Below, one piece after another: positions 35,790 through 46,699 of a stretch of DNA of 64,000 nucleotides; within the stretch, counting starts at the first letter, position 1; the number at the start of each line of letters is the position of its first letter. The notes under the pieces were generated by a model. That model was not told the origin of the DNA and searched no databases. It saw only the letters and a list, made by a program, of their open reading frames with translations. Source of the stretch: Saprolegnia diclina VS20 (Eukaryota); assembly GCF_000281045.1 (NCBI RefSeq), contig NW_008246089.1, positions 330,737 to 394,736 of the forward strand. The letters are read 5' to 3'. The position numbers and the translations under genes are program-made.

Positions 35790-37369
35790 ATGGAGGAAGA
35801 GCAGTTGATGGGCCGCGTCGCCGACCTCTATGGCGGCGACCAGGGCCTCGCGGCCATCGGCAAGGACGTTGGCCTTGGCCATGACATCCTCACGCCCCGG
35901 AAGAAGGTGACGGTCATGATCATTGGCAACCACAGCGCGGGCAAGTCGTCGTTCATCAACTGGTACGTGGGCGAAGACATCCAGCGGACGGGCGTCGCGA
36001 TCGAGACGCAAGGCTTTACGTTCATCACGAGTGGCATGAAGCGAACGCTGGCGCCGATCAAGGGCGACTCAACGCTGCTCTTGTACCCGCACTTGATGCC
36101 GCTCTCCAAGGAGTACGGCAAGTCGCTCGTCGAGAACCTCACGACGCACGTGAGCACGTCGACGGCGCGCCACTTCAAGGTCGTCGATTTTTGCGACACG
36201 CCCGGCCTTGTCGACGGCGACATTGCCTACCCGTTCGACGTCAACGCGGCGATCGTGAGCATGGCCGCGTACGCCGACCTCATCTTTGTCTTCCTCGACC
36301 CGATGGGCCAAGGTACGTTCATGTGCATTCGAGTACGATGTGATCGCATCATGGGTAGCGCTCTGCAGTCGCACGATGAACGTGGTCAAGGCGCTCAACG
36401 CGAACGGCCAGTTTGCAGACAAGATGAAGTACTACCTCACCAAGGCCGACACGGTCACGGACTCGAAGGAGATGATGAAGCTCATGGTGCAGATCACGCA
36501 AAACATCAAGGCCAACATCCAGAACCAGCACGGCCTCGAGATCCCGTCCATTTGGATTCAGAAGCCGCACATGCCGACGCCGCCTGAGCATCTCGCGCAG
36601 CTCAACCAGATCGACTCGGTCTGCGACGTCATTGAGCAGTCGATCCACCAGAAGGTTCAAGACAATTTGAGCCAAGTCGAGCGCGACTGCGACCGTGTCC
36701 GCGAGACGATTCGCGGGTACCCTTCTTACTTGGTCCAACAACGACGCTCCATGCCTATTCGTTCGTAGACTCTTGCTGAAGGACGAGTTGCAGCGCGCGG
36801 CCAAGCGCTCACGCCAGCTCGTGGCTACGAGCTTTGCAGTCTCGGCATGGGTCGTGCCCCTTGTCACGTTTGTGCTGCTCGTCGTACGCCTCGAGCATTG
36901 CTCTCTAGGTGTGTCATTGACATGGGGTTAGGGCGAGTACAAGACGTCGTTGCCGCGTGCGATCCTCGAGGCCGATGTTATCATGGACGTTATCGAGAAC
37001 GTGCACGCAGCGTTCCGCCCGCTTGTGCTCGACCCGTCGGCGCCCCTTGGTCTGTTGAGCACGCTCAAGCTGCTCGGGTCGTCGGTGGTTTTGTTTGTAC
37101 TTCTCAACGCCGTCACGCAGGTACCTCGGGATGGTGTCGTATACCAGTTGAAACTCGACTGATGGACTAGTTTGTCAAGACCCGCGCGCGCAACTTTGAG
37201 ACGCAGACACGCGATACGGTCGCGCGGTGGACGTAGGCCTCTGAGTGACAAAGACCTTGGTGTCATGAGTCGCCTGTGTAGGAGCTACGACCGTGTGCTC
37301 GACGACATCTTGGCCAGCCGTCTTGAACTCTTCCGCGAATACGTTTCGGCGTACACGGCCGCGCAATAA
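35790..37369 (+). CDS. EHD/sarcalumenin-like dynamin-superfamily P-loop NTPase with C-terminal TM segments, multi-exon
   Basis: GNHSAGKSS (G1), DTPG (G3), TKAD (G4); hydrophobic segments near the C-terminus. Confidence 0.75.
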
Positions 37370-37774
37370 TCGTTCACGACGTCGATGACGTCGTCGCAGT
37401 CGAGTTGAAATGGTGTCCTTTGCCAAGGACTACCCTAAACCTAATACTACTTGAAAGGGCAACTTGAGTTGTCGACATGGCTCTGCTTGATGCCGATCGG
37501 ACACTATAGCGCACGACATCGAGTATAAACCAGTGTCTACCGCTCGACTAGAAGACTACTAGTAGAACCACCACTTCTTGACTCTGTAGAACTGGTGTCG
37601 ACGATTCATATGCTGGTGTCCTACGCACGGTCGCGTGGAGAGTGTTTGATGCACTCGAATCACTCGGCGCGCAAAGTGGGCACCAACATTCGTTTGGCTG
37701 GAATGATGGGCACATCAAAATGACGGTACAGCGACCACTCACATGCACCCAACAGCATGGTTGCTGCTCGAGGA

Positions 37775-37792
37775 CGTCATTTTTGGATTTGC
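37775..37792 (+). promoter_or_regulatory. oomycete Inr/FPR core promoter
   Basis: GTCATTTTTGGATTTG just upstream of ATG 37798. Confidence 0.55.
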
Positions 37793-37797
37793 CAGCC

Positions 37798-39465
37798 ATG
37801 CATCAAAGCAACAAGAAGGCTGCCGAGTACAAGACATTTGAGCCGGCACCCCGCCTTCACCCGCAGGACGACGCCAACATCGTATCGCGTCTGACATTTC
37901 ATTGGACCAAGCCGTTGCTTCGGCTCGGAAACGCCCGGCAGCTTGCGTCCAGCGACCTCTGGCAGCTCCAGAGCGCCAACAAGGTCGAACCGCTCACGGC
38001 GCATTTTGAAAACGCCTACGCGCGCAAGAACAAGGACCTTCTCTCGTCCTTCTTTGCGATCTATTGGAGCCGCTTCGCCTGCATTGGCCTTATGCAGCTC
38101 TTCACCGTGCTCGCCGACTTGTACGGTCCTGGCTACGTCCTCGGCAAGATCATTCGCGCTGTCGAGGCGCCCGTTCTTGACACGACGTACGTACTCCAGC
38201 TCATTGGGTCGCTCTACCTTGTGCAAGTGACGGCCGCGTTCATCAAGGGCCATTTAACGTACCTCAACGACGTCATTGGCATCCAGTTCTCTTCAGCGCT
38301 GCGCTCGATGCTCTTCAAGAAGGCTCTGCGCTTGGACGCGTCCTCCAAGAAGGAGAAGACCGCCGGTGACATTGCCAACCTCTTCTCGATTGACACCATC
38401 AACGTCATGAGCTTTGCGACAAGCATCCACTCGATGTGGATCGTACCGCTTCAAATCGCAATTGTCCTTGATCTCCTCTACACGATTGTGGGCTGGGCCA
38501 TCTTTGTCGGCCTCGGCGCCGTCGTCGCGGGCCTTCTGGGTGCCGAGCAAGAACGCTGTTTCAAGCTCAAGGACGCTCGCCTATATGGTAAGTCTCTCGA
38601 GACGTCCATGATCGCACCCGAGCGCACAAGAGTACATCGCGATCGAGTCCGATGGCGCGCGCGTCACCTCTGTCGCCACCGCCAACTGGCCCACGGCCGG
38701 TGCCGTCACCTTTGACAACGTCAGCTTCCGCTACAAGCCTAACGACCCGCTCGTGGTCAAGCACGTCTCGTTCGAGGTCGCGGGGGTGAGAAGATTGGCA
38801 TCGTGGGCCGCACCGGCGCAGGCAAGAGCAGCCTCATGATGGCGCTCTTCCGCATGAACGACGTCGCATCCGGGTCCATCTCGATTGACGGCGTCGACAT
38901 TGCCTCCGTGGGTCTCCGCACGCTGCGCAGCCACCTCGCGATCATTCCGCAAAACCCCGTCCTCTTCAAGGGCACGCTGCGCAACTACTTGGATCCGTTC
39001 GACGAGTACGACGACGCAGCGCTCTGGGATGTCCTCCAGAAGGTGCAGATGGTCGACCGCGTCTCGCAGCACGACGAGAAGCTCCTCGGGCCCGTGGACG
39101 AGAACGGCGAGAACTTTAGCGTCGGCGAGCGCCAAATGCTGTGCATGGCCCGCGCGCTCCTTCGGCAAGCCAAGGTCGTCGTGCTGGACGAAGCGACGGC
39201 GGCCATCGACCACACAACAGACAAGGTGCTGCAGCGCGTGATCCGGACCGAGTTTGCGACGTCGACGGTGCTCACGATCGCGCACCGCTTGGACACGGTC
39301 TTGGACTGCGACCGGATTCTGGTGTTTGACCAAGGCGCGTTGGCGCAGAGCGGGACGCCGCAGGCGCTCGTAGCCGCGGGCGATGGCATCTTCTTTGAGC
39401 TCGTCCACGAAGGCGGGTACACGGACAAGATGACGGTCCACTGTACCGACGTAGACGAGGCGTGA
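37798..39465 (+). pseudogene. ABCC/MRP-type transporter with large internal deletion and frameshifts
   Basis: N-terminal lasso/TMD1 start runs to KDAR (~38580), then jumps to the post-TMD2 LETSMIAPER; frameshifts near 38626 and 38785; NBD2 motifs intact (GRTGAGKSS, FSVGERQ, LDEATA). Confidence 0.7.
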
Positions 39466-40359
39466 GCGCGATGGACGACATACTACGTAGCTCACTTTAT
39501 TTGCAGCTAAATATGAAATGGCGGCCCTCTGTGTGTGTGTGTCCAATAGCCCGAGAGCAAACATGCGTACAACATTGTCTGTTGAGATTACAAGAAAAAA
39601 AGGTCGTCGTCCGAGACGGCAAGGAGCTCGTACGTGTTCTTGCTGCGCGTCGTCGGCTCGGTGGAAGGCATAGCTGGGAATTCGTCACGTGTCGCGACCG
39701 CCTGGCTCGCAGTGGTCAAAGGATCGTCGACCGCAGTGACGAGCTTCGACAGCTGAAAGCACCATTGCAACTGTGGCAGTGGCATCAACGGGGACTTCAA
39801 CCGTGCCGTACCAGTCGACGTGCGGCGGCAAAGAGGCAGCAGCGGGCGCCCGAGGTAGCGCATGCAATGGCCGGAGGTCTGACGAAGAAGAGACATGCTG
39901 CTTGGGAGCTGAGCGTTGCTTGGTCAAGGGCAAAAGCAGAAATGACGTGGTGTTGCGTGACGCTCGCAATCGATTTGCCCTTGAACCCGTTTCGGATACG
40001 CGTATCTTTTGGGTTATTGCCCCGGTTTGGCCCACACTATCCGTATAAAAAGCAAACACCTCGTGTTATCCGGACATTTGAGGCGGTTTTACCCATTTCA
40101 CCCAATTTTGCCCACCGGATGCGAGAGCCCTGTGTAAATCCCAGAGGGTAGGCCGCCGTCAGCAGGCCACCGCCACTTGCGCAGAGTTGTCCAGCGCACA
40201 AAAGACTACCCGTTTATAGCTAGCTAGCTAGTGCAAATTGCGCCGTGGGAGGAGCCATCTCTGTTCTGAGCAAGAGTTAAAAAGGCGAGGAGATGGTTTC
40301 AACTGGTCGAGTGGTATTAGCCATGAGGTCTGAGTGTAAAGCCGCGAAGCTACAGAGCA

Positions 40360-40641
40360 CTACCAGCCGCCGCAGCAGCCGCAACCGCACCCGGGACCGT
40401 GGCCCCAACCACCGCAACCACCCCAGCCACCGCCCCAGCCACCGCCCCAGCCACCACCCCAGCGACCACGCCAGCCACCGCCCCAGCCGCGACCAAACCC
40501 GCGTCCGTACCATTCGTGGTCCATGGCGTGGTAGGGCATGGCTTCGACAAAGTGTTCTTCCTTGGTCGTTGTCGTCCCGGCGCTCGTCGGAGGTGCCGCC
40601 GTCGCAAGAGTGCACAAGGCTGCAAGGATCGTCGTCTTCAT
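40360..40641 (-). CDS. small secreted Gly/Trp-rich, Cys-tailed protein
   Basis: 93 aa ORF with signal peptide MKTTILAALCTLATA, (WGGG)n repeats and CGCGCC tail; Inr/FPR motif immediately upstream. Confidence 0.75.
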   Translation of the reverse strand: MKTTILAALCTLATAAPPTSAGTTTTKEEHFVEAMPYHAMDHEWYGRGFGRGWGGGWRGRWGGGWGGGWGGGWGGCGGWGHGPGCGCGCCGGW

Positions 40642-40654
40642 GATGGAGAGGTGG

Positions 40655-40670
40655 GCAATCGCAAAATGAC
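40655..40670 (-). promoter_or_regulatory. oomycete Inr/FPR core promoter
   Basis: Minus strand GTCATTTTGCGATTGC ~14 nt upstream of ATG 40641. Confidence 0.55.
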
Positions 40671-41052
40671 AAGGAGGCAGACAACCAACTCGCTAGTCGA
40701 CTTCTCTCAACAAATCCCGTGGTGTTGATGGACGCGTCAAGAAACCGAACGCTAGTCGCAGGTCACATCAACCTCTGCCCTGTCTCCAGCTCATGAAGGG
40801 CGGTGAGTCTGTGCACCGTCTATAGGACTTGTACCGTTAGCTCTGGTGCCTACTAGTACCGAGTGGTCGAGGAAACCAGTAGTTTAGAGGGCACAATATT
40901 GTCCACTTAGCTACGTGTCGTTGACAGATAAATCAGATGTATATACTTATTAAAACCGAGGCGAACTACTTATCCAAAGAATGCTGGACAATGTGTACAC
41001 TTCATGGCGCCGCCGTGGGACTTGTCGGTGCGGTCGAGTACCTCGATCCTTC

Positions 41053-41810
41053 TTAGGCGCCATGGAGAGCGTTGCGATCGTCTCCATCGTCGTCCTCGTT
41101 ATCATCGCTCTCGTCGGTGGTGCGGAAGAGCACGTACTCGTCGCGCGGCGCGGCTTGGTTGCGGAGGAAGACAAACACGGCGGCACCGCCAATGCCGAGC
41201 GACGCGCACATGTTGGCGACGCAGTAGTACATGCTCTCGCCGACCTCGAGGCCGTACGGGAAGATGCTGCTCGGCGTAAGGAGCGGGAAGGTCACGAGGA
41301 GCATGCCGGCGTCAAAGCCGAGCTGCAGCGCACGAATCGCGAGGCACCAGAGCGGGTTGTACGCGATCGTTCGGTACCCGACGTAGAGTCCCGAGATGGA
41401 CAGCGTGAGCGAGAGGAACCCGAGGCTCTGGAGCGAGCTCATGGCGTCGCAGACAGGCGAGTGATGCAAGTCGGCGTGGCGACACGCCTCCTTCCACAGC
41501 GTGCAGATCGTCGTCGAGTTGGCGCCCACGTCTAGAGCTACATGTCATGATGGAATTCATGAAGACACGTACGGGACGTGAGGCAGTACTCCCAGAACGA
41601 GAGCTCCCAGCGGACGCCGGTCGCGGTCGTCAGGTGGCGTTCGCTCGCCATGGCCACGACGTCGGCAAAGGGCGTCGCCCGCCCGAGATAGACGTCCTTT
41701 CGCAGCCATGTGCTCGACGCGCTGAGGTAGACGGTCACGAGCAGCAGCGACGAGACTGAGAGCACGAGCAGGAGCGCGCGCTCGGTCGCCCATGCAGTCG
41801 TTTGCACCAT
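41053..41810 (-). CDS. four-TM claudin/PMP22/amastin-like membrane protein (2 exons)
   Basis: TM1, then STW...SFWEYC...C..W...C...C loop, three more TMs, GESMYY (like GxSFYL) before TM4, acidic tail. Confidence 0.55.
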
Positions 41811-41939
41811 GCTGCCACCGATCCAAGATCAGCTGTCCGCAAGTGTGACACCACCATATCCGGATACCCTTCTCGATAATTGCCTTGTTCCGTACACACC
41901 CATCAACAGACAGCACTTGGAGTGCACAGAGGACACTGG

Positions 41940-41940
<1 letters not shown>

Positions 41941-42008
<68 letters not shown>
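41941..42008. repeat. (AGAT)17 microsatellite
   Basis: Perfect tetranucleotide run read directly. Confidence 0.98.
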
Positions 42009-42099
42009 CATTCCGGAACACACCGCAGAGGTAGATATATTGTCCTCCCTTTTGGGTCGTGACACCGGCCTTCCTCGCCGCTGTCATGTCCCGACAAGA

Positions 42100-43218
42100 C
42101 GATGGCGACCTTCTGGCAGGTCATGCGGCTAGCGAGCGTCAAGAGATTGCGCTCCAGGGTCGTTTTGGTAGGCTCATCCGCTTCCCACAAGCGCTCGGCC
42201 AGCGCATGGAGACTCCAGATACCGCAGTCTTCCTTGCGATCTTGGGCCCTGCATCAGTAATGCAGTGCAGGACCGTGTCCTTCACGCGGTCCACGCTAGG
42301 AGCCAGCAGCGCTTCCTCGTGATCGCCTCCAGACGGTCCGAGCCCAAGGCAAAGACGTTGTCCAAGTGCACCGACCGAAGACAGTAAGTTGTTGCAAAAG
42401 CAATCTTGGTGCCATGAAGCCCTGAACGCTCCAGCCGGAGGTGCTCGAGAGCTGAGAGCTGCGGTAGCTTGGACAGCAGGGCGCGGCCGAGATGGACGAT
42501 GTCCATGGTCGAGATGGCATGTGACTTCAAGGCTGCGCAGCCCGTCCGACCAGATCACACAGAGACCTACGAGCGTGGACGACGACGAGAGCGCTACCGC
42601 CAGCGTCGCATCGGCAAACACGCCAAAGTTGCGAATAGTCACGTGGCGCGCACGGCCAGATGCGAGGCAGCTCTCGATCGCGACAATGGCGGACGGCGCT
42701 AGGTCATTGCTGCCCGTGGCCGGCGCAGTGGGCAGGTGACGTCACAGCCTCGACGAGGCCCGACTCGGCCGGGATGCACGCGCGAAGGAGGTTCGTACAA
42801 CGCACAAGCATGCGGCAAAGCTCGTCGCGGTGCGCAGGTCACGCATGTCGATACCTGTCATCTTGGCGTCACGACAAACTTGCGGTAGGGCGGGCAAAAC
42901 GCGGGGTCGTGGCTCGCAGGCCACTGCATATTGCAGCACACACCGTCGATGCACACGTTGTTGAAGACGGTTATGGCCGTGCAGATACAGCCGATGTCGG
43001 CGACCGTGGTGCTGTTGAGGTACGCCTGCGGCCAATGCTTCCCTCCGCGCGGCAGCGTCAAGAGGCCAAGGAGCGCCGTCAGCGCCGGCGTCCTCACGGC
43101 CAACGACATCGCGCGCAAGAACGGCACTACGTCCTTGGGCGGGGCCGAGTAGTGCACAATGGCGACGAGGATTGTCCTCGTCGAGCACCGACGCTGCAGC
43201 CAGGCGAGCCCGAGCCAT
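42100..43218 (-). pseudogene. degenerate F-box-like/LRR-like gene of an expanded oomycete-type family
   Basis: MARARLAAASVLDED needs a frameshift to continue as ILVAIVHYSAPPKDVVPFLRA; in-frame TGA near 42858; LRR-like fragments (LPQLSALEHLRL, LRSVHLDN) in other frames. Confidence 0.5.
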
Positions 43219-43456
43219 GAACCGGTATCCGGATGACAACCGCCGACCGTCTGTCCCTCACACTGCCCCTACTGCCACCACTAGCAGGGGACAGCCACCA
43301 CTGTGTCCTTCAACCCTCCTATGCTGTCATATAGCCCATCAATGAACAAACTCGTCGCATTGAGCAAGCCACGCCGGCAGGTACTACCTGTGCGAATCGC
43401 AGCAGCGTATCCGGAAGATATGGCTAGACTTTGAAGAGCCACAAAGGAAGAAAAGC

Positions 43457-46400
43457 ATGAAGGACGAGCGCAGCAGCTGTCGCAAGGAGTGCGACCTCCT
43501 CGTGCAGAACATTGCGCAGTCGCATGCGCGCCTCGCGCCCGGCATCCAAGCCGTGCTCGAGAATCAATGGGAGCTCACGTTTGCCGGTACGGCGAGTAGG
43601 ACGATAGTATGCCATATGCACGCATGTAGACTGCCTCCGCCGGTACGCGGCCGAGAAGGAGGAAGAGATCCGCGACGTGTGCAGCTCGCACTACATGGAG
43701 TTTGTCCAGTCGATCGAAGAGATTGTGCAGATCAAGTGCGACGCCAACCAGCTCCAGGCATGACGCCATGGCCAGCCACGGTGCGTCATTTCCGCGTAGG
43801 TGCACTTGGACCAGTACGCGCGGGACCTCGAGACCGCGACCGCGGATGTTCTGCAGGGCCACGCGACGCTGCGCACATGTCATGACGTGCGCCAGCACAT
43901 TGACGTCTCGATCGAGCGCCTCACACAGTGCCAGCGCATCGTCCGCCCTCGCTTTCGCATCCACCGGCTCAGATTGCACTAGGTGCAAATGGCCCGCAAA
44001 GTCGACGTCTACTTGGGCGAGGCCAAGTTCTACCATGCGCTCAAGCTTCTTGAGTCGATTCGCCGCGATGTCAACAGCTTCCACGTACGTCCTTCGCCTC
44101 CTCTTGCGCTTCCACATGACAGGCGGCAGGGGCGACTCTTTGCACGGCGTGTACACGAGTGGACGTCCGCAACGATGCAGACGCTGCGCGACGAGACGAC
44201 CAAGAAGACGTCGTCATGGCTCGAAGAGATCCGACATGCAGCGAGTCCGCTCGGGACACAGGCCATGCAGGCGTGCGAAGAGACCTTGCTCATGGCGCCT
44301 TTATCGACGAACGACAGCCTTCCGCTCCTCGACAACTTGGCCGACCAAGCCAATAGCATCCGCGCGCGCCAGGCCATCTACAGCGACTACGTACAGAAGA
44401 CGCTCGGGCTCCTCGCGCCCATGTTGCGCATCGTGCACGTGTACGACTGCCTCCACGAGACGCCGGTGCTCGCCGCGTTTTACCACACCAACCGCATGGT
44501 CGCTAGCTCTTTTCTTGGCTCGACTGACGTATCTTGCTGGCTCTTGTAGCCGCAGCTGCAGTTTTCAGCGTTTCTGGCTGGTGATATTGGCGCGATTTCG
44601 CCCGAGAAGTTTGCTACCCAGGTGCGCGATGGAGAATATTGTCGATAGACATATAGACAATATTGGTTATGCGCCTAGCACGACGACATCTTCAAGCGGT
44701 TCGTCGGCACATTTTGCCTCGAGAAGATGCTCGCAACGTACTCGAACGAGACGCTCCTCACCAAAGCCGAGGTACGCTGCTCGTTCGATGGAGTAGTGTA
44801 CGCATGGAATATGCAGGTGCACGCGGCCTGCCTCTCGGTGCTGCAGAGCCTCTGCGGGCTGGTAATGGCGCTCCTCATCAAGCTGCCGTCGCCCAAGGTC
44901 GTGCTCGACATCAAGCGCAATGCAATTTTATGCGCCCGCGTGCTCGGCAACGACGTGCACCAGTTCAACACGTCGCTCATCTTTGACGCCTTCCGCGGAA
45001 CCGGCGACTTTTACCGTAAGAAAATGGCCGCCGACATGAAAACGTACGTATATTGACAATAATGTCCACTCGAAAAAAACGGTATTTTATGCAGAAAACT
45101 ACGGGACATTCTCAAGCAAGACACGTTCCAACAAGTTATGACGACGCGCAACCGTCTCGGTCAGGTACGACACCTCGATGCTCCGCTGCTCGTGGTGAGC
45201 AGAACGTAGGACCTCGCGCTCTGCGGCCTCGAAGGCCGGCGCGACGAGCTCCTCCAAACCGCCGATGCCAAAGGCAACGTGCTCCTGCCGTTCACGTCGG
45301 TCGTGCACCGCGGCTGCCGCGAAGTCCACGATATGGTGACGACCATGTTTGAATTCGAGTGGTATTTTGATTTTTCAGATCTATTTTGTAAATTGTACAT
45401 GTTGTCATGTACACTATTAGGCACTTGAACATCCCCGAGTGGGGCTACTACGTCCGGGACGAGACGTGGGACGCTATGATTGAGCTCAGCGGCATTCTCA
45501 ACGAACACATTGAGCGCAACGACGAGCTTCAAATTTCCCAGGTCCCTCGCTTTATTCATCCGTGTGAATTTCAACAGCTTCGTATTAGGCGGTCATTACG
45601 GGGGCAAATGCCTCGTACCTCTCGAGCGCCTGCGACGTCCTCAGTGCCCTCGTGACCCAGCACATTGACGCGTGGGAGCAGCGCACTCGGTTCCCACCCC
45701 ACGTAATGATACACACGGACGTAGGAGCTTCATGGCGAATGTAGACGGCCAAGGTGCCACCAAAAGCAACCGCGGCGGTCGCCAAGAAAAAGTGCGTTGT
45801 GACCAGGTGGTCGGTGGTTCGATCCCGGCCGCGTAGGTTTGAGAATACATCGACCAAATCCCAAGACATGGTGTGCGAGCTCATGGTCAAGAAGATCGAC
45901 GATCTCATCGGCTCTTTCTACTTTGTCAACTGGACAGCCACGGACGTCAACGCGCAAGCCGACCCGAGCATGTCGGACCTCATTCACTACCTCCAGGTTC
46001 GACTCGATCGTTTGCGCTGCTACCTGTTTCTTCGTAGGCGTCGTTCTCGCAGCTGGCGACGCTGCCCGTGCCGATTCGAGAGGCCGTGCATTTTGCATCT
46101 TGCATCCACATCAACAAGGCGCTCGAGCAGGTGCTTGTGGGGCCGACCATCAAGCGCATCACGATGCCAGCGCTGCTCCATTTCAAGCGGAGCTTGGGTG
46201 CGGCGCTCTGATCTCTACTCGAGTAGATCCATATGAGTGTAGACGCGCTCATGCAATTCGCCAACACGTGCAACGTCACGCAGCTGCGCGAGTGCTTCTT
46301 GCCGTTGACGCAGCTCGTCGACTTGATCGTGTCGAACGACATTGAGCGCGTCGACGCAAGCATGTTCAAGTACATTCTTTGTCGAGAACGAGAGGGCGAT

Positions 46401-46609
46401 GTACCGTGTCTAGTCGCAGCGGTGGCAAGTACACACACGTGATGCCCGACCAAGTGATCGCGGTGCTTGAGAAGTACAAGGACATGACGCCGGCGGCCAG
46501 CAAATTCTTCAAGGCCAAGAAGGCACCGGCCGTCGACACTGGGCTCAAGAAGACGGTCATTGACGCTGTCGTCAAGCAGCTTCGCACGATGAGTCCGCAC
46601 GCCAAATGA
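43457..46609 (+). CDS. SEC15: exocyst complex component Sec15/EXOC6, many introns
   Basis: KEEEIRDVCSSHYMEFVQSIEE, KFYHALKLLE, VHVYDCL...FYHTNR, KKIDDLI...NW and LRECFLPLTQLVDL are Sec15-type motifs; exact start uncertain. Confidence 0.8.
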
Positions 46610-46699
46610 GTCGTCTCTATTCTTATTGTCCTATATACTTGCATTTGAGAAGCATGGAAGCGCGGTATGCTTTGCTAGGCACGGATAGCGCTCGCTCAA

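Noticed and set aside
39497..40260. Short ORFs and lower-GC stretch, possible MITE remnant
   Set aside because: No terminal inverted repeats or TSD identified
40405..40490. 12-bp CCAGCCACCGCC-type tandem repeats, considered as CRISPR-like or telomeric
   Set aside because: No spacers; they are the coding WGGG repeats
42850..42870. In-frame TGA as possible selenocysteine or readthrough
   Set aside because: Accompanied by frameshifts, no redox motif, no SECIS seen; pseudogene decay is simpler
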